Shown in pieces: positions 40,191 to 54,471 of a stretch of 64,000 bases of DNA (positions are counted from its first letter, which is position 1; each line of letters starts with the position of its first letter). This DNA comes from Octopus sinensis (Eukaryota). The notes under the pieces are model-generated. The model searched no databases. It saw nothing but the letters and a program-made list of their open reading frames with translations, and had not been told where the DNA came from. Where the stretch lies: positions 61,690,001 through 61,754,000 of the forward strand of contig NC_042998.1 in the NCBI RefSeq assembly GCF_006345805.1, written 5' to 3'. A program made the position numbers and the translations under genes.

Positions 40191-40959
40191 AGAGAGTGAG
40201 GAAAACTGACTTAACTGAACAAAAGCAACGATCTGAACTTAATTATCGTATAACTACTTGAATGAGAGAACGACGTAAAATGATAAATTTGCTGGAAGGG
40301 TGTAATTTCTTAATAGTTTTAGCCATGATTCTCAGTATTTCTGTTACTCGTATCGACTATAATATTAACGAATTAGGATCAGAATTAACCGTGTTTTGTT
40401 TTTGACCCCAATGCAACTCGGCTGTTTTCATGTCCGGCCAGTGATATTTCATTTCCGATAACGCAGTTGCGTTAATCAGAAATTGTCAGACATATCGTCA
40501 AACTCCAGTCTTTCCGGTTGCTCATTCATCTATGACAAAAGTATCGACTTCACAGAAATAGATTCAGACAACCTACGTGTAGAGTGTACAGAAGAACGTA
40601 ACGTAACCTGTAATAACTCGTCCTTTTGTAGTTGTGTAAGAAGCTTTCTCTTTTACTTCTCCCCACCATCATATTAGCTTCGTCTCTGTCAATGTCAAAC
40701 AGTTCAAAATAACAATATCTCGAATGATAAACATCGTTAGATAATTGGGTAAATTAATCTAGCGATATTTAGTTACGTTCTGAGTTCATATCCTGCTGAG
40801 GCGATCTTTTTCTTTCCAGGGTTAATAAAATGTAAGTACTGGAATCGATGTAGTCCGATGTAGCTCTCTGCAAAATTTGAAACCTTATAAATCAATATCT
40901 TTTTTTAATGAAAATTATTCTCATCTCTACGAGACAGAAGCTTGGGTTATGTAGTTAGC

Positions 40960-41285
40960 AATGGAAGAGAAGATATGTGCCTGAGATGTGGATATTTCTC
41001 AGATTGGACAGAATAAGCAGGAAAGAGAGGGTAACCAAAGCTACAGTATTAGAACAGCTGAAAGTCCAAAGACACCTGCTGTCGAGAAAGAATACTATCA
41101 TATTTTGGACATACAATGCATCATGAATCACTATCCAAGACCATTCTGGCAGGAAGAGTGAAGAGAAAGAGACGTTCAGAAACGTTTGTGAACAGACGAC
41201 AGACTGACTGAACGCGTGCAACGCAAGGATCTGGAGAGTCGTGGCAAACCGATTCATGAACACAGGGCGGGTAACTGGCTGATGA
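40960..41285 (+). mobile_element. RTE-clade LINE 3' fragment
   Basis: EMWIFLRLDRISRKERVTKATVLEQLKVQRHLL..ILSYFGHTMHHESLSKTILAGRVKRK. Confidence 0.75.
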
Positions 41286-41518
41286 CTCTTAATAAGGCAA
41301 TGTGTATTCAGTAATAAAAGAGGTTTCGACCAACCATTTAAGGGTTAAGGGTCATAAACAAAAAGGGAACTAATCTAATGGGAAACTGCCTAAAAACCAG
41401 AAGCCTGTCGCGCGCGCGTGTGTGTACGTGTCTGTCACCTACACTACTTAACGGTTTTGGCTTGTTTACGTCCTTGTAACTTAGTGGCGTAGCACAAAAG
41501 AACGTTAAAATATATATA

Positions 41519-42035
41519 TCTATATATATAAAACTGTAGTTGTGTGAGTGTCTGTCCCCTTCGATTTAGATTCCTAAATCCTCCCACATTTTGCGGTGCA
41601 GTTTAACCAAATTCGGGTATCTTATAGTCGTGATTAATATCAAGCCCGTCTGAGTATTAGCGCGCGACTACGATGAGTCTACGATTTTAAAAATAATTTA
41701 ACATCATTTTTTATTCCATTTTAATGCATAATTTTTCGTGTGTCGATGGCGGCGGAGTTGGCGTCCACGCTCACATCTGCACCTGTTTGCTTCTCCCTCG
41801 TGAAGCTGTGGGGAAGGGAGTATAAGGAAATCAACGTCGTAAAGCGTTGTCAAGGAGACCAGCGTTCTTTTAGAACAACGACTTCATGGCTTGAAGACAC
41901 TGAGTCAACGATTTAAAAAAAAATTATCATCATTTTTTATTCCATTTTTAATGCATTTTTTTGCTATAACTCTCTAAAAATGCTTATATAGTTATTTCCC
42001 TTACAAACCCGAGCAACGCCGGGCGATACTGCTAG
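41519..42035 (+). mobile_element. Non-autonomous Helitron, copy 1
   Basis: A|TCTATATATATAAAACTG start; hairpin cccgagcaacgccggg; CTAG end at 42035. Confidence 0.85.
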
Positions 42036-42894
42036 TCTATATATATAAAACTGTAGTTGTGTGAGTGTTTGTCCCCTTCGATTTAGATTCCTAACTACTC
42101 CCACATTTTGCGGTGCAGTTTAACCAAATTCGGATATCTTTTAGTCGTGATTCATATCGAGCCCGTCTGAGTATTAGCGCGCGTCTACGATGAGTCTACG
42201 ATTTTAAAACTAATTTAACATCATTTTTTATTCCATTTTAATGCATAATTTTTCGTGTGTCGATGGCAGCGGAGTTGGCGTCCATGGTCACACCTGCACC
42301 TGTTCGCTTCTCCCCTTCTTCCCTCCCTCGTGAAGGGAAATATTTTTAAGTGAAAGTGATTTCAAAAATCTAAGTTGTTTGTACAGTAAGTATTTATATT
42401 TTAGCTTTCATTAAACAGACAGTATTTTAATGTTTTATTAAATTATTTTCAAGTGAATACCATTATAAAAATTTGGGGGTGGGGAATATTTTTTAAACAT
42501 TTTAAAGTGAAAATGACTTTAAAAATATGGTAAATATTTCGTAAAAGACCCGTTCGTAACCTCGGTGTGAAATAATTTTTTCCATGGGATTTTTTTCGAG
42601 TGCATTAAACGTATCTCACCTCTAAAAATTTGGCTGCTATTTCTAGCATGCCCTGCTATCATGTAACAGCTATTTGCGATAAAGGCCTCGAAATAATTGT
42701 TATGTGGTAGCAAGGCATGCAAAAAATAGCAGCCGAATCTTTCCCTTTCACGTTTACGCGTGATTTTGATGTCACGTGACATTCGTTGAAAGCATGCGAA
42801 ATAACCTGGAAAAGAAAAAAAAAACACGGAACAAAACTCCGTCGCTGGGAATCTCAGAGCTTCCCGGTGACCCAACGGGTCACGGGTAGTTTAG
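42036..42894 (+). mobile_element. Non-autonomous Helitron, copy 2 (same 5' ~290 bp, different 3' end)
   Basis: Starts TC immediately after the CTAG of copy 1; ends with hairpin cccggtgaccc-aac-gggtcacggg and TTAG|T. Confidence 0.75.
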
Positions 42895-43234
42895 TATATA
42901 CATATAATTTTTTTTAATATAGCCCCTCCATAAGAAATTTTATCTCACACAAAAACCGTAATAACTTGCCTGTCAACAGTATATACATAAAATATGAATC
43001 GTGGGTGGCTATTTTAATTGAATACCGCTTCATTTAATCATAAAAATAATAATATATAAATGAGGCACGAATATAAGGGGTACGAACTTAGAAACTAAGA
43101 AACACGAACTTAGCAACTGACTACAAGAAGGTTCGGAGAACTTGAGGCCACCCGGTTTCAATGACAAAACAAATAAGTTTTTCTCTTTTTTTTTTTTCTG
43201 TTAGCAAAAGCAATGAGAGTGTGAGAGGTAGAAT

Positions 43235-43800
43235 TAACATGCACAAATAAATCGTTAGGAAACGTGACAAGATGCAAGGGTATATTTCAAGGAGACTGGC
43301 TCTCTCTACTACTTTTCGTCAATTTGTTAATCTTTCTGACAAGCAAACAGAAAAAAAAAATCCAGGTTTGCTTAAGAGTTTGCCAAAACCAGGGTGAAAA
43401 TAATCATCTGCTATATACGAATGACCTCAAACTATATACAAAATGTGAAAAAAGACCTGGATTCTCTAATTCAAATAGTAAGAGAATTCAGTGGGGATAT
43501 TGGAATGCAATTTGAGGTAAATAAGTGCGCCGTGCTAATTATGAAAGGGGGCTGAAAGATAAATTCTGATGTATAAAATTACCACAAGAATTCATTAGGT
43601 AGCTGCGAAAGAATGAAGGATACAAGTATATAGGGATGCCAGCAAGACAATAGGATAGGGGAATGAGAAATGTGAGAGAAAATTTCCAAAGAGTGCCAGA
43701 AAACAGTTAGGAAGGTGTGTGAAACAAAATTAAAAGGACAGAACATTACCAAAACAATTAATACACGGCTATGTCAATATCAAAATACTCTGCCGAAACG
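43235..43800 (+). mobile_element. R4/Dong-like (RLE-type) RT remnant
   Basis: GIFQGDWLSLLLFV, NHLLYTNDLKLY, DSLIQIVREFSGDIGMQFEVNKCAVLIMK, GYKYIG blocks. Confidence 0.75.
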
Positions 43801-45432
43801 CTAGATTACAGGACGTAAACACACCAGCATCGGTTGTCAAGTGATGTTGGAGGTATAACCACACACACACACACACAGTACTAGTAATGATAATGACAAT
43901 AATAATGATGAGAGTACCAGGCAGTGGTTCTCATGGCTTCTGATCTTAACCGATTGAAACTGTTATCATATACATGTTCTATCATGTTGTAAAAAAGGGA
44001 CGACAGAGAATATTCTGCTCAATACCACAGATTTGCTTAAAAGCAGTTTTCAAACTGTTATTTTAGAGCTTGTTATTCACTGTTTAAATAGGGAGTGTTT
44101 AAGTACAAACATACACACATACAAATGTGTGTGCGCGCGTGTGTGTGTGTACTGTGAACACATATATATAGTGCCCTAAAAATGTATACACTCATTGAAT
44201 GAAAGTCAATTTATTAAAATTCATTTTATTCTACAGGATTTAAATTTGTTTTATGAACGTCTGTTTTCAAACTGATGAAAACTTTACCCCAAAATTACAA
44301 AAAACATTGAATTAATCAAAGTTAATAGCAAAGAACTCCCTCGGTTTTTAAAGTGGTTTATATTGGTGCGTAAAATTCCCGGATTTATCATGTAGCAGAT
44401 TACGTGTTTTTATGCATGCATAAAACGAGCAAAGAGATTGTTGCATAGGTACACCATTGTCGATTTCATGCATGCATAAAACGAGCAAAGTTAACATTAA
44501 AACATTCGCAAACAAATTAAGTATTTAAAAGCTACGAACAAACCAACAAGAGTTGCTAAAAATAACAGTCTAAACATTGTTTAAAAACAGGCATTTATTA
44601 GTTTAAAAAATTCAAGAACGAAAGTTTGCAATACACTCTAGGGTTTTATAAAATAAATTATCCTTCTCGTATATCCTTCTCCACATAGAAAAGGTTTAAA
44701 GCTGTGGTCATCATCCTAGAATCGAATTCCTTCCGTTATGAAAAATTATAGAACAAGTGATGATTACACTCCTTGTGCGCATGTGCAGCATCTTTGGTTA
44801 CTGTGGAAACAGAGTTCTTCGCAATCTGCTATACAACACAGTGCTTCTTTGCTTTGGTTACAAAGGAAACAGAGTTCTTCGTCACGGTGATGTGTAAAAT
44901 ACTAGCTTCTGAGTAGGTAAAATACCCAAATTTTGCAAATTTTAAAGGCTTTTTTTCTTTTACTTGTTTCAGTCATTTGACTGCAACCATGCTGGAGCAC
45001 CGTCTTTAGTTGAGCAAATCGACCCCAGGACTTATTCTTTCTAACCCTAGTACTTATTCTATCGGTCTCTTTTGCCAAACCGCAAAGTTACGGGGACGTA
45101 AACACACCAACATCGGTTGTCAGGCAATGTTGGAGGGACAAGCACAGACACACAAACATATACACACAAACATATACACACACACATATATATATATTAT
45201 ATATATATATATATATATATCACGTGATCACGTGACCGACCAGACCATCAGATGTTGCTACACATTGCTGGTCACAATGACCAGCGATATATATATATAT
45301 ATATGCGACAGGCTTCTTTCAGCTTCCATCTACCAAACCGACCCACAAGGCTTTGGTCAGCCCGAGGCTATAGTAGAAGACACTTGCAGTGGGACTGAAC
45401 CTGGAACAATGTGATTGGTAAGCAAGGTACTT

Positions 45433-47518
45433 TATTTCATTAAATTTGTCATGAAGACAGTACAAAGATTGGGTAGCTTTGCGGGCTGGACAAACACATT
45501 AATGAATGAAAATGAATAAATGAGAGACGAAACCCAACACCCATCGATTGGATTTTTCTCGAAAACATATTTTCTTATTTTAGAAATCAATATGAGGTTT
45601 CAAGCCTCTTACAAGAAGGAGGCACTAAAAATTTTTTCTTAACATGTTTTTTTAAACAGACAATTGAGGTTATAAATCACTACAAATAATACAATTAAGA
45701 TGAGGTTTCAAACCCTCTAACGAGGCTTTTTCACCTCCTACTCATCGATATATCCATCATTATCTTCAATGCCGCTTGAGTTCCTGTATCCCGCCATTTC
45801 CCATGCCTCACTCATGTAGGACATATAAGTCGTGTAAGGGCCACCCGGCCATATGCGACACTCCTCCCCAAATCCTTTAAGCCTTTCCCACAAGGGAAAC
45901 CTTATGACCTCCACAGCTATCTGCGGAGGCCATTCGGGATCCCGTGTGAAGGGCATATCTACTGTCTCTTTACGTTCTTCTACTATTTTTTCACCTCCCC
46001 ACCTTTGTAGAAAAATATCATTAATTCATCATCTTTAAGGGTGGGGTCGTTTCTTCCACCGTGAGTTGCACAACTTCGGGACATGTAGACGGCACACCAT
46101 CTTCCACCTGCAATGACCCGTTCTTCTTCTTTCTTTTCTTTCTTTTCTTCCTGACTTCGGGAGAGTGGAGCTCTTCCGCTTTGTCCGGAGTCTCTCCCCG
46201 ACCTCTCGAAGCCTTAGGGTCCTTCGGTGTTACCCACCTTCTTCTTTTTAAATCCTTTTGGGTTGAGGAGGCTGAAGCCCCCTCAACCACATCCACATCT
46301 CCTTTTGACCGGGTAGGGGAAGTGGCATCCAGTGACAGTTCCAGACCCTTACCATGGTCCTGGGGGCAGTTCTTTTTAATGTGGCCTGGCAGCAGGCACG
46401 AGTGACACTTGGGGGGACGTCCCTCAAGTATCACCGGATACCTGCAGCCAGCCATTTAAAAAAAATCTGCTAAAACCATATCTGTTGCGGTCGATGGGGT
46501 CTATAGGGTCAAAACCGCTTTTGACCCTTCCCAATCGACTGCCGCCAATACCCTTACATTTAAGAGCCTGGGCCCGCAATCCCCCAGTCCCCGTCGGATG
46601 GTATCTTCAATCCAACCCGCCTCGGTGCCCGGGGGTAACCCACATACCTAGGCTCTTATTAATTTCCTCCCGCAGTACGACGGAAGAAACAGAATTTCGT
46701 TGCCCTCCAAGAGCTGACTCGCGAAATTGCGAACCTTCTCCAGGGTGTCAAACAGCAACCATTCAGTTGCATGCTTGACACCGCGGGATATGTATTTCAC
46801 AGAAGACAAAAAGTCTATCAGTTCATTTTCTATAACTGGTTTTGGGAAGACGGTGATGGTATCAAGAACTTTAGAATAAGTTCTAACTACCACTGTCCTC
46901 TCCTCCATATCTTTTAACCACTGCTTGAGTGGGACAATCTCCCACTCCAAAGCAGCGGCACCATTCTTTATCGCCTCGAGGAAGAAAGTTCAAATGTCCA
47001 CAAAAATAGAAATAAAAAAAGTCCGAACGAAAAAATAGACAGTAAAAAATAAGACAAAGAAAACAAAAAGGACAGTTCAAAAACAGAAAGAAAAACACGA
47101 AAGAAATAAAAAAAATATGGTTCCAAATGGCAACTACACAATTCCGGCCAGAAGTACTCTTGGTCTTCGGCTGGTACTCCGAGCTGGAATCTTAAATCCA
47201 CAGAAGACGAATCTTCGCCACAATAGGCCAAAAAAATTTTCAATGACTGGTACAAACGTCAATTTTTGGGCGGGGATACACCCCCAACATTTTTTCAACA
47301 AGCAAAATTCACAATAGCCGCCGAGAGCAGGCGAAATTGTCCCAGAGCTGTGCGAAATTTACTGAAAAAAATTTCGAAACGATAAATCACGCCGAGCTCA
47401 AAATAAACAAAATCACCTACCACGAACGGACTTCTTAATTTTCAGTTTTAGGACGAAGTGCATTAGCTCATGTCCTCCTTGTTCAAGTGTTGAAGCAAAA
47501 CACCAACACGCAAGCACG
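45433..47518 (-). mobile_element. ORF1-only L1/Tx1-like retroelement (HAL1-like) with 16-bp TSD
   Basis: About 500-nt leader, then a frameshifted ORF (about 46950-45738) with CHSCLLPGHIKKNC (CX2CX4HX4C) and a basic KKRKKRKKK tract, then about 300-nt 3' UTR. No EN/RT motifs. TSD ggtaagcaag(g/c)tactt at 45417-45432 and 47519-47534. Confidence 0.8.
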
Positions 47519-48005
47519 GGTAAGCAAGCTACTTACCACACAGCCACTCCTGCGCTAATAACTTTGTAATTATGAACTTATAGGGAAAATAAATTTCATT
47601 TTCATTATTAGTATACAAAACTTAATCCATATACCAAATTTGAAAACAATTGGAACAAAACTGTAAAGAGTGACGAAAACCACAAAGATACCTAATAACA
47701 ACTAAATACTCAATTTATCACATAATATTCTAAATTAAATTCATTGAAACACGAAATAAATTTCTGTAAATAACCAAATCAACAAGAATTTGAAGTTGAA
47801 AATTTACACAAAAGTTACAAAGACATCGAATTTTCATGATATTGAATTCAATCTAATTATAAATCAAAGTTAATAGCAAGAAACTCCTTCAATTTACAAA
47901 GTGCAGATTACGCGTTTTTATGCATGCATCAATGTACGCATGTATGTGTGTGTGTGATCATGTATGTGTGTATTATGTATGCACGCGTGTATGTATGCAT
48001 GCACG

Positions 48006-48039
<34 letters not shown>

Positions 48040-48338
48040 TGTATGTATGCATGCATGTATGTATATGTGCGTGTGTATGTGTGTATATACGCATGCATGC
48101 ACGTATGTATGCATGCATGTATGTATGTAAAACTGAATGTGTATGTACGTCCGTGTATGTACATATATGAATATATGTCTAAGTATATGTATATCTGTAC
48201 GTGAGTGAATGTATACATGTATATACATGTATATGTGTAACGTTATATATACACGTGTATGTATATATATATATACATGCATAGACTCATTTATACACGC
48301 GTATATATATATACACATATATACATATACATATATAT

Positions 48339-48386
<48 letters not shown>

Positions 48387-48444
48387 ATATATATATACAT
48401 ACATATGCACGTATATATATATATATATTATATATATATATATA

Positions 48445-49410
<966 letters not shown>

Positions 49411-51049
49411 CATGTGTGTGTGTGTGTGTGTGTGTGTCTGATTATATGTTTTAACACTTAACTATTTATATGTCATTAGAAAATGAAGCATCAAAATATA
49501 TCTCCGTGTCCTTTTTAGTGAATAGATTTATATTTAGCTCTTTAAAAAATTAATTAGATTAAATGCCAAAGGATGAGATGAAATACAAATTGCATGTTTC
49601 TCAACTCAGTATTAGATTCTTCACAATATTTTGTCTTTTGTTGGAGGAATTTTGTGCCATTCTGAGCGACTGACAATTTCTTTCTGTTTTTTCTTCGCGA
49701 TATTTTCTCCGTAACAAATATGTAAACAATTGGAAAGTACGGAAATAACTCGGCTGAACGAATATAATTTTAACGTTCAGTTTTATTGCTACGTGAGATA
49801 CAATAATGGATTTAGTTTGCTTAACCAAAATAACCCAAATAATAGAGAAGTTGTACCGATCACATTTTTACCGTATTTACTCGAGAGTAAGTCGTACTAT
49901 TATATATTTGATTTCTGTTGAAAAACTGGGGTGCGACTTTGGAGCAAAGCTAGAACTATGAACTGCTCTTGGTAAACCATTAAGCAAAATAAGCGTGTGC
50001 TTGGGTTATCAAGAGAAGGGGCATTATAGAAATGGTAAATGGTTTACGGCACAAAAGAAATCACTTTAGATTTGCTAAAATAATATTTAAGGTGGTTTAA
50101 ATGATTGGAAGTATAATTTCGAAGAGTCATGTGGAAGTGTACAAAAATAAACATTATTTTCTATCTTCCTTATTAGTTTTGTTTCATTTTGAAGGACCCG
50201 TGGATCTTAAACCGACCCTGGCTATGAATGGAAAAATATCATATTCCAGCATTTAATATTAAACATGCACCCTCACGCCACCCACACACACAATCTTTAA
50301 GAAAATGACACCGTGTTCTATTCGTGATGTTGGGCTTTTCCTAAGCTTTAATCCACAAAGAACTTTTTTTTTACTGAATATGTGCTACTGAATTACGAGT
50401 GCATCTTCTATACCATCAAATGGTATGTTCTGGCAGATTCGAACGCGAATATGCTAATCGCCGTTATGTTTCGTCTTCTTCTTTCAGCCCATTGATTTTC
50501 AGGGGTTTTATGGAGGTTCGTTTAAGATTTTGCTGTTAAAGTTTTTCCGTGCAATAAATTGGTTATACTTCTACAATACACAAAATGTTTAAACTATTTT
50601 TTAAATATAATTCCTAATATTTAATTATAAAAATATAATAGGGTATTTTTAATCACCGAAAGGCTATGGGGTCCAGCTGAGTAGAATTGGGATCAAGGAG
50701 GTCTATAGGTGAAAAAATGGTTGAAAATCATTACTTTAGACATTGTTCATAATTAAAAGACATGCTATATTTTACGAACATACATTGTCCAAAAGGATGA
50801 ATGCTTTCCGAAGATTAAATATAGCAGCGAACAGGCTACTCACATCCGAATCTTCCAGAATGTATTAAGAGTAAATTGATGTTATTGCGTTGTGTGAATT
50901 CCCGCTGTTCTTCATGCACACTATGAATTATTGTAGATATAAATGTGCATAGAAATCTATAACTTCTGATAAATGAAATAATACCATAAAAATAAGAAAC
51001 AGCATATGTACATTTAGTGAACATCTGGGTTAGTTTCAGAACTTTAAGT

Positions 51050-51529
51050 TGTATGAAATCAGTAGCGTAGCTAGAAGAGGACTTGACCCTTTCTAACCTC
51101 TTCTACTTCACCAAAAGATAGAATAGAGATAACAAGACCGCCGACTTAAATCTATTGTTCTCGATGATATGTCTATCCTTCTGGATAGTTATAAAAGCAT
51201 AAACCCGAAGCAAAAAGAGAGTTCAGTCACCTGGTGACGACTCAACCGGTTAGTCACTTCAGTGACAACTCAGCGAGAACGAAGTCTGACTGACCAGCTA
51301 GAACCTTGGTCAGTGAGAGAAATGAAGTTTACTGTCAGCAACTGTGAGACAACTCCCACACCCTACAACTCTCAGTAGCTCTAATTCTGTTCTCTTTGTA
51401 ATTACAACTAAACAATGAAGAGAAAACACATCTTTCATCTTACAACATGCAATTGTAACAACAAATTTTTATCGTCACAACTGCTGATTCCGACATTTCA
51501 TAGTGTTGTTTACAAATCAATCATACCCG

Positions 51530-51534
<5 letters not shown>
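51050..51534 (+). mobile_element. LTR-like repeat (solo/partial)
   Basis: TG...CA ends; 51081-51530 is a direct repeat of about 54630-55205. Confidence 0.55.
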
Positions 51535-51602
<68 letters not shown>

Positions 51603-52914
51603 ATAAATCTATCTGGAAGGGTACCTCAGAAAGCCTCGTCTGTCCTAATGTAGATGGATCACAGATAGTTCTTTATGCGGTTCAGCTTTGTAACGCTTCT
51701 CTCACAAGAATCCATGAACAGATTGTCAAGAATATCTTTAGGTTTAATGAAATTGTAAGATGAAGATTGGGAAAACATGAGAGAAAAAGACAGCGGAAGC
51801 TACAGAAAAATAAAAATAAAACAGAAAGATAGGAGATGATAATGTTTAAATGGTGGCGGTCCTATTCACCATTGAATTTCAAATCGTCAAATCCAAGAGT
51901 CTACTAAGTAGTTAATATTATCCCCCATCCGGCGGTGGGGGGTTTATGTGGATGTTCAAGGGGATAGGTAAACACCTGAAACGTCCCCGTAACATAACGA
52001 CTTGCGGAAAAGAGACCGATAGAATAAGTCCAAGACTTTAAAAATATGTATATTCTGGGGTCCGTTTGTTCGTCTAAACCCATCAAGGCTGTGCTCCAGC
52101 ATGGCCGCAGTCCAATGACTGGAGCAAGTTTAAGATATAAGGTAAGTTTGTATATCAGTAATACAATATATTGTTGTTTTCTCTCATGGTCATTGATCAT
52201 TCTTTTGCGACACACAGAGATTTAAGATTTAAGCAGAAATGTGACGACGCAAACATGTCGATAAATCAATAAATAATAGGAATGAAAACAACAAAAACAT
52301 TTGTTATCGATTTCAGATTGGCTGGATGCCATTTTGCTGTGGTTGCTTAGTTCCAGGGTAATTCCGATTGATCAAACATGCCTATGACTAAAAGGCCTTT
52401 CAACCGTGGCCATCCTGTTTTCAGGGTTACCTAGGACTGTATTATCTATGTTCTGTTCATTGAAAAGCTGAGTGATTCACGTGATTTAAGGGAGATTGGC
52501 TGCTATTTTCAACAAGTCAGTGTCCACAAGATGTCTCTCTTGTTGATGCTGATGTGTGTTGTTTAACCCCTGGTCAGCCATAATCGAGCAGACATGGGAT
52601 TGAAGCAATGGCGTAGCAAGAAATTGTGTTGCCAGGGGCGACCCTTGAGTTTGCTGTACATCTTCATCCATAAAAATCACAGCGTAATACACATCAAAGT
52701 GCTGGCTGGGATGACCGCCCGACCCTCTTTAGCTATACTAGAGCATTCCAGTTATGACCACTCCATCGTTTAGAGCTGTTTCTGGGACAACATAGCTCGA
52801 TCTATCCTTTATGTGTTTAAGAAAGTAAGCGATGGTTTGAGGGAAATTAAGCTATCATATCTAGCTGTAGAGCGACTTGTTGATCAAGGCAAAAATAACA
52901 GATAATACGGCACT

Positions 52915-53270
52915 CCGTCGGTTACGACGACGAGGATTCCAGTTGATCCAATTAACGGAACAGTCTGCTCGTGAAATTAACGTGCAAGTGGCTGAGTACT
53001 CCACAGACACGTGTACCCTTAACATAGTTCTCGGGGAGATTCAGCGTGACACAGAGTGTGGCAAGGTACAACAGAAACAGGAAGAAAGATTGAGAGAAAG
53101 TTGTGGTGAAAGAGTACAGCAGGGTTCACCACCACCCCACTGCGGACGCCGCGTGGAGTTTTAAGTGTTTTCGCTCAATAAACACTCATAACACCCGGTC
53201 TGGGAATCGAAACCGCGATCCTATGACCGCGAGCCCGCTTGCCCTAACTACTGGGCCATTGTGCCTCCAC
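52915..53270 (-). mobile_element. tRNA-derived SINE (family D)
   Basis: Minus-strand head gtggaggcacaatggcccagtagttaggg...ggtttcgattcccagacc; relatives at about 4200-4480(+) and 36000-36260(+). Confidence 0.7.
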
Positions 53271-53284
53271 TAACAGATAAAACT

Positions 53285-54470
53285 TAGATAAATTTAGATA
53301 GGTTTCGACCAAAGATTGGTCCAGGCCATGTCTAACTTATTAACACCACCTTATAGGTTTGTCTAAATCCTTTTAAAGACAAGTTTTGTTTATGGTCCAT
53401 TCAAGTAGTGAGTTCTTGTTGAGTGAGTTGTATTCAGGTATGGGTGGCTTATCTGGTATTCCTTGAAGAAATCTATCCAGACTCTGTTTAAAGGTGATTG
53501 GATCCTTTTCCTCTTTGATCCGTTCTGGGACAATTTTAAACAGGGCAGGGCCTCTTGAGGAAAAGAAATTATCTCGCAGTGTACCTATATGTTGTGATCC
53601 TGAATTGGGCAGGGGACGTATGACTCGTGGTCCCAGCCTTGGATGAACCTTGAAACTAATGTTCCGGTCGTTTGGGCAATGCTGGCGGTATATTCTCCAC
53701 GTCGTACAAATGATGTACCGCTCGCGGCGGCGCTGAAGAGAGTAGAGTTTCAAGGCTTTAAGGCAGTCCCAGTAATCGAGATCAGTCATGCCCTCAATTC
53801 GCTTAGTGAGTACTCTCTGAAGTGATTCAATCTTCGAGATATTTTGTTTTGTATGGGGAGACCACAAGGAACAGCAGTATTCGAGGTGTGGCCGTACAAA
53901 GGAGGAGAAAAGTAGAATGATGACACCTTGTTCTCTGGGCCGGAAGGTTTTTAAGATCCAGGAGCTCATTCTACGAGCTATATCGACCTTATTGTTGATG
54001 TGGGCACTCCAACTGAGATTGTTATCAACAATTACACCCAAGTCTCTGATATTATTAGATGCCGTGAGCAGTTCCCCTGAACGAAGAGAATATGGCTTTT
54101 TTAGTATATACTTTCTTCCAAAATGCATCAGCTCAAATTTTCGCCCATTGACTCACAGAATATAGAACAAACTGGAGTTGAGTTCGGTCTTCTTCATTGA
54201 TGATTTTCTGGAGCTTAGTGTCATCAGCAAATATTTTCACTCTGCAGTGATTTACGACGCTGGAAAGTTCATTTATGCAAATTATAAAAGGGCGGACCCT
54301 AGACGGTCATCTGAGGGACACCACTGGTGACTTTTGCTGGGCTTGAGTGGACTCCATCGACAACAACTTCATGGGTTCCATTCGCCAGGAAATACTTAAT
54401 ACAGTGAAACAATAATATCACTACTGAACATCCCAAACATCCTAAACAAATCACGCCAATATATATACAT
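53285..54470 (-). mobile_element. 5'-truncated CR1-clade LINE
   Basis: 251-aa RT thumb ORF (RDLGVIVDNNLSW, RPHLEYCCSLWSP, LQRRRERY); frameshifted VTSGVPQ upstream; 3' stem-loop gacca-atctt-tggtc and (TATCTAA)-like tail. Confidence 0.92.
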
Positions 54471-54471
54471 A

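Noticed and set aside
40560-40740. Minus-strand frame resembling a propeptide (EANMMVGRSKRESFLHNYKR)
   Set aside because: No signal peptide, credible acceptor or further exons were found; the resemblance is limited to dibasic sites.
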